This document shows, piece after piece, positions 9,722 through 18,691 of a DNA stretch of 57,402 nucleotides (positions are counted from its first letter, which is position 1; every line of letters starts with the position of its first letter). The notes beneath the pieces were generated by a model. It worked only from the letters and a program-made list of their open reading frames with translations. It ran no database searches and was not told where the DNA came from. A program made the position numbers and the translations under genes. Origin of the DNA: Kiritimatiellia bacterium (lineage in GTDB: Bacteria > Verrucomicrobiota > Kiritimatiellia > RFP12 > UBA1067). The DNA lies in assembly GCA_045535455.1 (NCBI GenBank), contig JAZSLQ010000114.1, positions 1 to 57,402 of the forward strand. The letters run 5' to 3'.

Positions 9722-10311
9722 AGGGCACGCATAGCATAGCCGCATGGTCGGTGATTGACCCTGGCGAATTGCCGGACGTCTCGTTTTCACCTCCGATCAT
9801 GCGTCGCCGCCTCTCGCCATTGCAGAAGCTCTTCTTCGCTCTCGCCCATTCCGTCGAAAGTGCCGCTCCGGCGACGACGGTTTTCGCCTCCCGCGACGGA
9901 GAGGACTTGCTGACTCGCCGCATTGTGGACGAATTCCATGCCGACGGGTCGGTTTCCCCCCAGAGGTTCAGTTCGTCGGTGTACAATGCGGCGCCGGGGC
10001 TCTGGAGTGTACTGACTCGGAACCGTGCGCCGTACACGGCGATTGCCGCGGGAGAGGACACGATAGAGTGCGGGCTGTTGGAGCTTTTCATGCATGGCGC
10101 ACAGAGTCCCGCGACGCTTGTCTATGCCGAAGAGACAGGCGGTGGATATGGGTTTGCACTGGCGCTTGGCGCCGCGACCGGGGCGCGGCTTTTCGACGTG
10201 TCCGTCGGCGACGCGTCTCGGTCGGCCATTACGTTCTCTGACGCGAAGGCGTTTTTGTCCGGGGAGTCGCGCGAATTGGCCGGGCGTTGGCTGACGTTGC
10301 GGAGCGCGTGA
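9718..10311 (+). CDS. Ketosynthase chain-length factor (ApeC-like)
   Basis: MRRRLS, VFASRDGE, SPQRFSSSVYNA motifs; no catalytic Cys motif. Confidence 0.8.
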   Translation: MKGTHSIAAWSVIDPGELPDVSFSPPIMRRRLSPLQKLFFALAHSVESAAPATTVFASRDGEDLLTRRIVDEFHADGSVSPQRFSSSVYNAAPGLWSVLTRNRAPYTAIAAGEDTIECGLLELFMHGAQSPATLVYAEETGGGYGFALALGAATGARLFDVSVGDASRSAITFSDAKAFLSGESRELAGRWLTLRSA

Positions 10312-11054
10312 TGGCTGGCGTGTGTGGAAAGCTTTATGCCTTGTGGCGCGGTTTCGCGTCGACGGCGCTCTTCGTGGTTTTCGGAATCGGGAGCCTGCTG
10401 TTTACGCTGATTGTACTGATACTGAGAAAGCCGTCTCTTTGCCAGCCGGTCATGCTCGCCTTGTGGAAGCTGACTGTTTTCCTTTTCAAGTTCACTGGTC
10501 TTATTAGCGTCGACTGCCCGCGCAGTGTCGCAGATACCCGCGGATGCGTCATTGTCGCAAACCATCCTTCCCTCATAGACGTTGTCTTGCTCACCGTGCT
10601 GGTGCCACGCACGCTCTCCGTTGCAAAACATGCCTTGCTGCGCAATCCGTTTGTGTCCGCCATCGTTCGCCATACGACCCTGCCGGACGACGAACGGCTG
10701 CCTGCCGCGGCAGCTCCGTATCTCGCATCAGGGTGGAACGTGCTGATATTCCCCGAGGGAACTCGTTCCGCGAGCCCAGACTCGCTTCGCAGGTTCCATC
10801 GCGGGGCTGCTCAACTTGCGCTACGCGCCAAGGCGCCTGTCCTTTGCGCGGGCATCGTCCTTTCCCGGGCGATATTGGGCAAAGGGCAGAAGCCGTGGGA
10901 CATGGGGTATGAGCGGGTGCGATATTCGTTTAGGTTCGAAAGGCTGTCCGCCCCGATGCACGATGACGAAAGGGGGTTTCACCCTCGCGCAGTGGAGTTG
11001 ACGGACGAGATGCGTCGCAAGATTCTCTCTCTTATGGATGGGGAGCCCGGTTGA
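10311..11054 (+). CDS. PlsC-family lysophospholipid acyltransferase (ApeD-like)
   Basis: ANHPSLID and IFPEGTRS motifs. Confidence 0.88.
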   Translation: MAGVCGKLYALWRGFASTALFVVFGIGSLLFTLIVLILRKPSLCQPVMLALWKLTVFLFKFTGLISVDCPRSVADTRGCVIVANHPSLIDVVLLTVLVPRTLSVAKHALLRNPFVSAIVRHTTLPDDERLPAAAAPYLASGWNVLIFPEGTRSASPDSLRRFHRGAAQLALRAKAPVLCAGIVLSRAILGKGQKPWDMGYERVRYSFRFERLSAPMHDDERGFHPRAVELTDEMRRKILSLMDGEPG

Positions 11055-11090
11055 CAAGTGCGGGCACATTGCCCCATTTGCGACAAATTA

Positions 11091-11099
11091 TGGTATAAT
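11091..11099 (+). promoter_or_regulatory. Extended -10 promoter of fadD
   Basis: TGGTATAAT; GGAG SD at 11119 before ATG 11129. Confidence 0.65.
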
Positions 11100-11128
11100 G
11101 TCTCACAGACAACATCTTGGAGCAAGTC

Positions 11129-12790
11129 ATGACAATTCGCGGATTGCTTGAAAAGAACGTCGCCGAAAGGCCTGGTCGCAATGCGCTCGTCTGGAGCGAG
11201 AACAAGACGTGGATGCGTCGCACGTGGCGGGAGTACCTCGCCCGCGTGCGTGACGTCGCCGAGGGCTACGGAACGCGCTTCGACCTGAAGCCGCGCGAAG
11301 AGAACGTGGCGATTATCCTTGGGAATTCCCCAACTTGGCTCGAGGCATATCTCGCCCAGTCAGGCGCAGGGGTCTCGGTCGTGCCGCTCGACCCCAAGCT
11401 CCATGACGCCGAAGTCGAGTACATCCTCGCCGACTCCGAGGTCGTGGTCGTTACTACCGACGTCCACCATCTCAAGATGATGATGGGCCTTGCGCCGCGG
11501 CTTCCGAAGCTCAGGGGCATCGTCTGCGTTGACGGCATCATCAACGAGGGGCAGAACATCGGCAAGGTCAAGGTCGTCGGGTTCGAGAAGCTCCGCATCT
11601 CGGGCGGTGGCGCGTGGTACGACGCGCATGTGGCCCGAGAGGACGACGTCGCTTCCATCATCTACACCTCGGGAACGACGGGCAAGCCCAAGGGCGCGAT
11701 GCTCACGCACAGGAATTTCATAAGCGACATCGACGGTGCGTTCAAGACCTTCCACGCGGATGTCGGCGAGAACGACAGCTTCTTCACCGTCCTCCCGCTC
11801 TTCCACGCGTTCAGTTTCACGGCGAACTTCCTCGGGCCGCTCTTCGTCGGGTGCGAGATGCAGTTCGTCGAATCGCTCAGGACGGTCGCGCGCGACATGA
11901 AGCTCCTCAAGCCATCCGTCCTCTGCGCCGTTCCGCTCCTTTGCGAGAAGCTCTACGACAAGATACAGGAGGGGCTTGATTCCTCCAAGATCGCGCGCAC
12001 GCTTCTCGCGATAGGCATCAGGGGCCCCGTGATGCACATGGTCCTCCAGAAGCTCGGTGGCCGCCTCCGCTACATGATAACCGGCGGCGCGCCGTGCCCC
12101 AAGCACGTTCTCGAGTGCTTCAGGAAACTCCATGTCAACTTCGTCGAGGGCTATGGTCTTACGGAGTGTTCGCCAGTCGTCTCCGTCACGAGCGCCGACT
12201 GCTGCAAGGTCGGCACTATCGGCAAGCCGTGTGCAGGGGTCGAGGTTCGGCTCGCCGACATGAACGAGTCCGGCGTCGGAGAGTTGCAGGTAAAGGGCCC
12301 GATCGTCATGAAGGGCTACTTCCACAACGAGAAGGCGACGAAGGAGGCGTTCGACGGCGAGTGGTTCGCGACGGGAGACCTCGCGTCCATAGACGAGGAC
12401 GGGCTCATCACGATCCGCGGCAGGAAGAAGGCGCTTATCGTCAACCGTGAAGGCAAGAACATCTACCCAGAAGAGGTCGAGAACGTCATCGGCAAGGATC
12501 CCGTGATCCAGGACGTCGTCGTCGTCGGTTACACGATGGGCGGCGATCCGGGCGAGAAGGTTGGCGCAATCGTCTATCCAAACGAGGAATGGTTCAAGGA
12601 ACAGAACGGCGGCAAGCTTCCCGACTGGGTTGAGGTCGAGAAGGCAGCGATCAAGCATGCGCAGGAGCGCAGCGCCGAGCTCGCCGACTACAAGCGCGTC
12701 CGCAAGGTCGTCGTCTGGAAGGAGCCCCTTGAGCGCACTTCGATCGGGAAGGTCCGCCGCGTCGCCTACAAGGGCAAACTGGACGAGTGA
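11129..12790 (+). CDS. fadD: Long-chain fatty acid-CoA ligase
   Basis: YTSGTTGKPKG, EGYGLTECSP, TGDL, GKNIYPEEVE motifs. Confidence 0.88.
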   Translation: MTIRGLLEKNVAERPGRNALVWSENKTWMRRTWREYLARVRDVAEGYGTRFDLKPREENVAIILGNSPTWLEAYLAQSGAGVSVVPLDPKLHDAEVEYILADSEVVVVTTDVHHLKMMMGLAPRLPKLRGIVCVDGIINEGQNIGKVKVVGFEKLRISGGGAWYDAHVAREDDVASIIYTSGTTGKPKGAMLTHRNFISDIDGAFKTFHADVGENDSFFTVLPLFHAFSFTANFLGPLFVGCEMQFVESLRTVARDMKLLKPSVLCAVPLLCEKLYDKIQEGLDSSKIARTLLAIGIRGPVMHMVLQKLGGRLRYMITGGAPCPKHVLECFRKLHVNFVEGYGLTECSPVVSVTSADCCKVGTIGKPCAGVEVRLADMNESGVGELQVKGPIVMKGYFHNEKATKEAFDGEWFATGDLASIDEDGLITIRGRKKALIVNREGKNIYPEEVENVIGKDPVIQDVVVVGYTMGGDPGEKVGAIVYPNEEWFKEQNGGKLPDWVEVEKAAIKHAQERSAELADYKRVRKVVVWKEPLERTSIGKVRRVAYKGKLDE

Positions 12791-13851
12791 ACACGTACCT
12801 GATTTGGCTTGAGTGGCCCGAGAGGTGCTTTCGGGCGAATGACGGGGACCTGAAGTTCTTCAGGTCCCTCGTGCCCAAGGGAAGCCGCGTCGTGCGCGTG
12901 CGCAGCGAGTCAGCATTCCTCAAGGCCCTCCCGTCTGCGACCCACGCCGTCGTCTGGCATTTCAGGAAGGAGTGGTACCCGAGCGCGCCGAAACTCAAGG
13001 TCCTTGCGACGCCGGCTGCCGGCCGCGAACTCGTCGCGTGGCGTGACGCGCCGAAGGGCGTTAAGGTCCATTTCGGCTCATTCCACGGCCCTATCATCGC
13101 CGAGACCGTCCTCGGCTTTCTTCTTGCGTGGACCCGCGGGTTCTTCTGGAAGGGCCCTATGTGGCCGCGCGAGGAGCTTGCAGAGCATTGTGGCGACCTC
13201 GAGGGCACGACGGCCGTGATTGCCGGCTTCGGGCGCATTGGCCGCGCAATCGCCGCGCGTCTCGAGCCGTTCGGCGTCGAGTGCTTTGGAATTACGCGCC
13301 ACGGGATTTTCACTTTGAAAAACTTTCATGATGGACGTTTGACAACCGACATTCGCCAGAGGCCCTCTGCCACTCTGCGTCTCTCGGCACTCGCTTCGCT
13401 CGGCTTGGACGCTTTCCCATCGGTCGCGTCCACCCTCAGGGGGCGGTTACGCGCCTCTGCGTTAAAAATACCCACTTCATTGCTCCGACGTGCCGACTGG
13501 TTTATCCTCGCGCTACCGTCCGACACCGGAACCGACGACTTCCTCGACGCGCGGCTTGTTCGCCGCCTTCCGAAGAAGTGCGTCGTTGTCAACGTCGGAC
13601 GCGGCAACGCCGTTGACGAGGATGCTCTCCTTGCGGCAATAAAAGAAGGTCGGCTCGCGGGTGCCTATCTCGATGTCTTCAAGCATGAGCCGACGGCGCT
13701 CAATCCAATGGTCGGCCCACAGGGCAAGGGTCTTGCCGCGGCGAAGAGAGTTCCATGGAACCTCGTTCGCATGCCGCACGCCTGCGCTTTCTCGTCGCGC
13801 TACATGAAGGAGTGCTTCCAGGAACTCGCGAGGGAGGGTGTTCTCAAGTGA
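12787..13851 (+). CDS. D-isomer 2-hydroxyacid dehydrogenase family protein with an in-frame repeat-derived insert
   Basis: GFGRIG, NVGRG, LDVF..EP, MPH motifs. Confidence 0.8.
   Translation: MNTYLIWLEWPERCFRANDGDLKFFRSLVPKGSRVVRVRSESAFLKALPSATHAVVWHFRKEWYPSAPKLKVLATPAAGRELVAWRDAPKGVKVHFGSFHGPIIAETVLGFLLAWTRGFFWKGPMWPREELAEHCGDLEGTTAVIAGFGRIGRAIAARLEPFGVECFGITRHGIFTLKNFHDGRLTTDIRQRPSATLRLSALASLGLDAFPSVASTLRGRLRASALKIPTSLLRRADWFILALPSDTGTDDFLDARLVRRLPKKCVVVNVGRGNAVDEDALLAAIKEGRLAGAYLDVFKHEPTALNPMVGPQGKGLAAAKRVPWNLVRMPHACAFSSRYMKECFQELAREGVLK
13383..13408 (-). repeat. 26-bp dispersed repeat inside a CDS, exact reverse complement of 27963-27988
   Basis: CTCGGCACTCGCTTCGCTCGGCTTGG vs CCAAGCCGAGCGAAGCGAGTGCCGAG. 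Confidence 0.85.
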
Positions 13852-14285
13852 AGGGCGTTTTCGAGGTTTCGAGCGTCGAGGAGACGTGGTCGCTTGCGAA
13901 AGAGCTCGCCAAGGAACTTAAGCCAGGCGACGTCGTCTGTCTCGAAGGTGACCTCGGTGCTGGAAAGACGACTTTTACGCAGGGGCTCGCCGCAGCGCTT
14001 GGCGTGCCAGGACGCGTGACATCGCCAACATTTTGCATAGTCCAGGAGCACCAGTCGCCCGACGTTTTGTTCGTCCATATGGATCTCTATCGTCTCCACG
14101 GAGAGGAGGACGTAGAGGCAATTGGCTGGGAGGACTATCTTTCGCGCGGGGCCATTATTGCCGTGGAATGGCCAGAGAGGGCGGGTGCGCTTTTGCCGTC
14201 TTCGGCGTACCATGTGACCTTTCAACATTTTGGGGAAGAAAAACGCAGAATCACCATTGACAAGGGGAGCAATTTTGAGGTATAA
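13848..14285 (+). CDS. tsaE: tRNA threonylcarbamoyladenosine biosynthesis ATPase TsaE
   Basis: LEGDLGAGKTTF, VTSPTF, HMDLYRL, VEWPE; GTGA overlap start. Confidence 0.93.
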   Translation: MKGVFEVSSVEETWSLAKELAKELKPGDVVCLEGDLGAGKTTFTQGLAAALGVPGRVTSPTFCIVQEHQSPDVLFVHMDLYRLHGEEDVEAIGWEDYLSRGAIIAVEWPERAGALLPSSAYHVTFQHFGEEKRRITIDKGSNFEV

Positions 14286-14286
14286 T
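14257..14286 (+). promoter_or_regulatory. Consensus sigma70 promoter for the polysaccharide export locus, embedded in the tsaE 3' end
   Basis: TTGACA-N18-TATAAT; ATG 14296 lies 9 nt downstream. Confidence 0.8.
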
Positions 14287-14295
14287 ACGCGCCAA

Positions 14296-14964
14296 ATGGT
14301 TGGATTGTATAAACAAATCGCTGCCTTGGCGCTTCTCGGCTGCGTACTTATGTGCACAGGGGGATGTGAGACGATTGCCAAGATCTTTTCGCCCGACGAT
14401 AAGGAGTCGTTGGACGTTGCCCCTGTTTATTTCGAGCCTCGCGTACGTCCGGGGATCGCGCTCATAGTCGTCGTTGGTTCTGGCGTCACGCAACCTGTCA
14501 ACATGCAGGTCCTTGTCGACCAGAACGGCGACATCACGCTTCCCCATCTTCTTCAGTCTCCAGTTGCGTGCGACGGGCTGACTCTCGACGCCTTGAAGCA
14601 AAAGCTCGTGAAGCTGTATTCCGAGTTTTACAAGCAGCCGCAGATTACAGTGACTTTTGCCCCCTACGAAGGCAAGGGTGTTAGCCCGTGGGGAACTGTC
14701 ACAGTTCTTGGGCAGGTTGTCTCGCCTGGCCCTGTCAATATGCCTTCCACCATGGATCTTACTGTGACGAAGGTTCTACAGTCTGCCGGTGGCTTGAGGC
14801 CGTATGCAAACAAGTCCAAGATTCAGGTTAGCCGCCGCGACAAGGATGGCAAGAAGACAACTTATACCATCGACCTCGTTGAGATAGGCGAGAAGGGCAT
14901 GATCGAGAAAGACATTGTCCTTCGCGCCGGCGATGTGGTCTGGGTGCCGGAGTCCTGGTATTGA
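14296..14964 (+). CDS. wza: Short OPX/Wza-type polysaccharide export lipoprotein
   Basis: Signal peptide with Cys; VDQNGDITLP (PES-like) and VTVLGQVVSPG...L.AGDVVWVPES (SLBB) segments; no C-terminal helix. Confidence 0.8.
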   Translation: MVGLYKQIAALALLGCVLMCTGGCETIAKIFSPDDKESLDVAPVYFEPRVRPGIALIVVVGSGVTQPVNMQVLVDQNGDITLPHLLQSPVACDGLTLDALKQKLVKLYSEFYKQPQITVTFAPYEGKGVSPWGTVTVLGQVVSPGPVNMPSTMDLTVTKVLQSAGGLRPYANKSKIQVSRRDKDGKKTTYTIDLVEIGEKGMIEKDIVLRAGDVVWVPESWY

Positions 14965-14992
14965 TTTCTACACAAATGGGGAGTAAACAAAG

Positions 14993-15976
14993 ATGAAGAA
15001 ATTACTGATGGTGATCACGATGGCGATGGCGTCTGCGCTGGTCGCCCAAGATAAGCCAATGTCGTCAGCCGACGCTCGTGGTAAGATCGGTGACATAATA
15101 GCCAACCCCTCGACCATGACTGCTGTGATGAAGCAGCTGGCCGCTGAGGATCAGGCGGCTTTCCTCGCCGATGTCAATGCGGCGATTTCAAAGATGCCTG
15201 GTTCTCCCGAAGAGAAGACTTCGAAGTTCCTTGAAGTGAACTCCGCTGCGCTCAAGGGCGCCCAGAAGGGCAATCTTACTGCGCTCGTGGCGGAAGTGTT
15301 CGCGACGGTCCCGCCAGAGTCTTTGACGGCAATCAACGAGAGCTTCGCGTCCGTCATGTTCAATCGTGCGGCCGACCCCTCCAAGACCTACACCGATGAC
15401 GAGTACAAGAAGACCTCTCTTGCGCTCCTTGAAAAGGTTCAGGAGCGCAATGCGACCGCCGACAACGCCGGTGTCCGCAACACGTTCGCGATTCTCATGC
15501 TCATCCGCGCTTCCAACGGGACGCCCGCTGATCTCCGCGACACACTTGTCGGCGCCCTCAAGGACGAGGACACAAGGAACCTCGCCCAGAACGAGTGGAT
15601 TTCGCCGGCCCTTGGACAGGGCCAGGAGAAGTCCTACGATCCGATGCTCGGTGCGGCCGACGCTGGCAGCCAGCCAGATCTTGACATGATGCTTGTGGTG
15701 TCGTTGAAGGCCTCTGGCGCTGCGCTTGTTGCCGACCTTGCAAGCGAGTGCAGTCTTACGGATCCCTCATCTTCGATCACGGCCCTTCTTACTCCTGCAT
15801 TTGCCGATCCAAACACCATGGACGTTGTTGACGGTGTCAATCCCCTTTCGGGCGAGTCTGTTTCAAGGTTGCCTCGTACAACTGAAGATACGAAGTACAA
15901 CCCTGGCAACAAAGGAAACCGTGGGTCGGGGTACTCTAACCAGACCATTCAACCGGGACAGGCCAGCCAACCGTAA
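14993..15976 (+). CDS. Secreted hypothetical protein
   Basis: GGGGAG SD, Sec signal peptide, host-like codon usage. Confidence 0.7.
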   Translation: MKKLLMVITMAMASALVAQDKPMSSADARGKIGDIIANPSTMTAVMKQLAAEDQAAFLADVNAAISKMPGSPEEKTSKFLEVNSAALKGAQKGNLTALVAEVFATVPPESLTAINESFASVMFNRAADPSKTYTDDEYKKTSLALLEKVQERNATADNAGVRNTFAILMLIRASNGTPADLRDTLVGALKDEDTRNLAQNEWISPALGQGQEKSYDPMLGAADAGSQPDLDMMLVVSLKASGAALVADLASECSLTDPSSSITALLTPAFADPNTMDVVDGVNPLSGESVSRLPRTTEDTKYNPGNKGNRGSGYSNQTIQPGQASQP

Positions 15977-15999
15977 TTTAATAACTGGAGGTAAGGTTA

Positions 16000-17241
16000 A
16001 TGAATGCTAAGTTTTCAACGCTTGCCACGACGCTGGTTGTATCTGCGTCGGTTATGACGGCGTCTGCGGATATGATTGACAGGCCCAGTGGCTTTAAGGT
16101 TGGCGAGCGCATGACGCTTCGTCCGTATGTGGCGCTTTCGTACACTTACGACTCCAACGTCGACTCTCGTAAGCACGCCAAGGCCGGCTCTACATGGGTG
16201 GTCAATCCTGGTCTCGGCGCCGAGTACAAAGGCGACAACTGGGAATTGGCCGGTCGTGCGTGGTACAGATATCATGCCTACAACCGCTACACACGTCAGC
16301 TCAACGAGTCGAGCTATGGCGAGAATCTCACGTTCAAGTGGGCAGACTCGCTTCCTAACGAGAAGGGCTGGAGTGTCATGCTGTCTGAGAGCTTCACCCA
16401 GATAGCGCAGGATGACGACATGTCCAACTACAGTGGTCGTGGTATTGGTCGTGACCGCAAGACGTTCCAGGCCGCAGGCGTAGTCGAGCGTCGCATCAAC
16501 GAGCATCTGCATGCCGCAGTTGACTCTTCCTACTATATGCTCGACTACGACAACAACGTAAGGAAGTACGCGCCTCTCTTCGGCTGGAAGCGTTTGCTCG
16601 TAGGCGGCGAGGCCGGCTATGTCCTTTCCAAGTGGACCGACATCATCGTTGCCGCCAACTACGGCTGGTACTGGCAGGATAATATCCCGAACAACGTTCG
16701 CTATGCCGACGAGTCTCGCGGTTGGTCTCTCATGGCCGGCTTTGGCACTCGTGCGACCGAAAAGATCGAGTATCGCATCTTGACTGGATGGAGTCGCTTT
16801 GAGTACTCCAATGGCGATGCCGATGAAGTTGACGGCTGGACCTATCAGGTTTCCGGAAAGTGGAAGATCACGGATACGTGGAACACGATGCTCCTTGCGT
16901 CGAGCTACTATCAGCCCTCCGAGCGTGAAGTTTGCAGCGCCATCCGCGTCGACTCCATCAGCTGGGGCCTTGCGCACTCGATGGTTCGCGGCAAGTTAAA
17001 CGCAACGCTTGACCTCAACTACCGCCGTGAGACGCATGAGTACACTCGTGATGCTGCCTTCGACTACGATGACGACATCATTACCGCCCGCTTGGGCCTA
17101 AACTACACGCTCAACCGGTTCCTCCAGGTCTTTGGCAGGGTCGAGTATCAGACTCTTATGTGCGATGGCGGAAACGTCCGCGGGCATAATTATGACTACG
17201 ACCGCATCCGCGGCACGGTCGGCATGCGTCTGACGTACTGA
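16000..17241 (+). CDS. Outer-membrane beta-barrel associated with polysaccharide export (BBP2-like)
   Basis: Signal peptide, YDSNV motif, amphipathic strands, C-terminal aromatic (RLTY); lies between wza and wzc. Confidence 0.75.
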   Translation: MNAKFSTLATTLVVSASVMTASADMIDRPSGFKVGERMTLRPYVALSYTYDSNVDSRKHAKAGSTWVVNPGLGAEYKGDNWELAGRAWYRYHAYNRYTRQLNESSYGENLTFKWADSLPNEKGWSVMLSESFTQIAQDDDMSNYSGRGIGRDRKTFQAAGVVERRINEHLHAAVDSSYYMLDYDNNVRKYAPLFGWKRLLVGGEAGYVLSKWTDIIVAANYGWYWQDNIPNNVRYADESRGWSLMAGFGTRATEKIEYRILTGWSRFEYSNGDADEVDGWTYQVSGKWKITDTWNTMLLASSYYQPSEREVCSAIRVDSISWGLAHSMVRGKLNATLDLNYRRETHEYTRDAAFDYDDDIITARLGLNYTLNRFLQVFGRVEYQTLMCDGGNVRGHNYDYDRIRGTVGMRLTY

Positions 17242-17242
17242 A

Positions 17243-18688
17243 GTGCATAAGGCCATATCCAAGTACGGTCTGGCGGCGCACCTTGCCTTGCTGGCGGTTG
17301 CGCCGCTGTTCCTTTTTCCGTTCTGCGGAGAAATGTGGATGGCGCGTACCGTCATTTGGCTTTCGCTTGTTGCGGCTGGCTGGACGGTTCTTGAGCCGTC
17401 TCGCCGCGTAGACGAGACGTTGCATGATGCTCGTTTCCGCGTAGCATCGTCTATTGTCCTTGATCCTCTTTTCTGGTTTTCGCTTGGGCTCATATTGATT
17501 GCGGCGATTAGGTGGCTAAACGGCGGCATCGGGATGGTGTATGATGCGGAGAAGTCGGTCTGGAGTCTCTCTGAAGCGCCGGTTCCATTTTTGCCGGGAG
17601 CGACTGAAGACAGTGGCTATCTCCCATTCGCCGCGGTCATTGGCGTCACGGTGCTGATGCAGGCGGGGCGGCACGCTCTTGGTAAGTCTGCGCGCGTGTG
17701 TTTTCTTTTCGCAGCCGCTTTCCTTGCGGGTATTGCGGCTGTGGTGGCTGGGCTTGCGTGTGTGTTTGAAAACCCAGTGGCCTTGCACGACGCGACAGGC
17801 TCGACCGTTGACGCAACATATCCAGGCGTCGCGTTTGGGCTCTGCTTCATGGGCTCAATGGTTGCCATTGCCGGGGCGTTTGAGCGCAAGTGGAATAGGG
17901 CGATGCCTTTCCTTGCGATTGCCGTCGGTGGAACTGCCATCGGTCTCTATCTCTTTTCGTCAGGTCTGGTGATTGCGGTGCATGCGGCCTGCGCCGTACT
18001 TATGATGGTATATGCACTTGTCTACGTCCAACGCCGCATTGGCGGACTTGGCGTGCCGAAGTGCCTAGCGTTTTTGCTCGTTGCGGCTATCCCTCCCATT
18101 CTTTTCGTCATGGGTGTCGTTCCAGAGAGCATCAAGGCAGAGAAGTTTCCGCTGTTCTTTGGTGAAGAAGGTGTGCGCCTCGTCCCCGATGGATTTTTCG
18201 AGCTCAGGTCGGCGCTCTCGGGAATTGCCGAGAAGGTCTGGAAGGAAAACCCCTGGCTTGGCACGGGTCTTGGTACGTTCGGGCTTGATATCCGCTTTAA
18301 CGCTACCGAGGCCGACTGGGCGGTGTTTGCCTCAAACCAGACAGGCGCGCTCAACGGATGGATGCAGATGCTGGCGGAGCGGGGGATATTGGGCGTAGTA
18401 TTTTTCGTCGCCCCCCTCCTGTTTCTTTTGTGGACGTATGTGCTGCGCGCTTTCCACGCGGTCGGTGATATCCTTTCCAAGTCGCGCCGTAGCTTCGGCG
18501 CCCTTGTTTTTCATCCTGTATGTGCGCTTGGTCCTTTCGCGGTTGTGGCAGTGGCGGTGTGTGGCTTCTACGACCATTCTTTTTGGCGAGCAGAGACGGT
18601 GATGCTTGTTGCGGCCATTTTTGCTATGGCTGGTAGCGCTTTCCCGGCACATAAGAAGAGAGATGACGGCACTTTGACGGAGAAATAA
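17243..18688 (+). CDS. O-antigen ligase/Wzy_C-like membrane protein
   Basis: Multi-TM; WKENPWLGTGLGTF and N...QMLAERGILG motifs. Confidence 0.7.
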   Translation: MHKAISKYGLAAHLALLAVAPLFLFPFCGEMWMARTVIWLSLVAAGWTVLEPSRRVDETLHDARFRVASSIVLDPLFWFSLGLILIAAIRWLNGGIGMVYDAEKSVWSLSEAPVPFLPGATEDSGYLPFAAVIGVTVLMQAGRHALGKSARVCFLFAAAFLAGIAAVVAGLACVFENPVALHDATGSTVDATYPGVAFGLCFMGSMVAIAGAFERKWNRAMPFLAIAVGGTAIGLYLFSSGLVIAVHAACAVLMMVYALVYVQRRIGGLGVPKCLAFLLVAAIPPILFVMGVVPESIKAEKFPLFFGEEGVRLVPDGFFELRSALSGIAEKVWKENPWLGTGLGTFGLDIRFNATEADWAVFASNQTGALNGWMQMLAERGILGVVFFVAPLLFLLWTYVLRAFHAVGDILSKSRRSFGALVFHPVCALGPFAVVAVAVCGFYDHSFWRAETVMLVAAIFAMAGSAFPAHKKRDDGTLTEK

Positions 18689-18691
18689 GAT

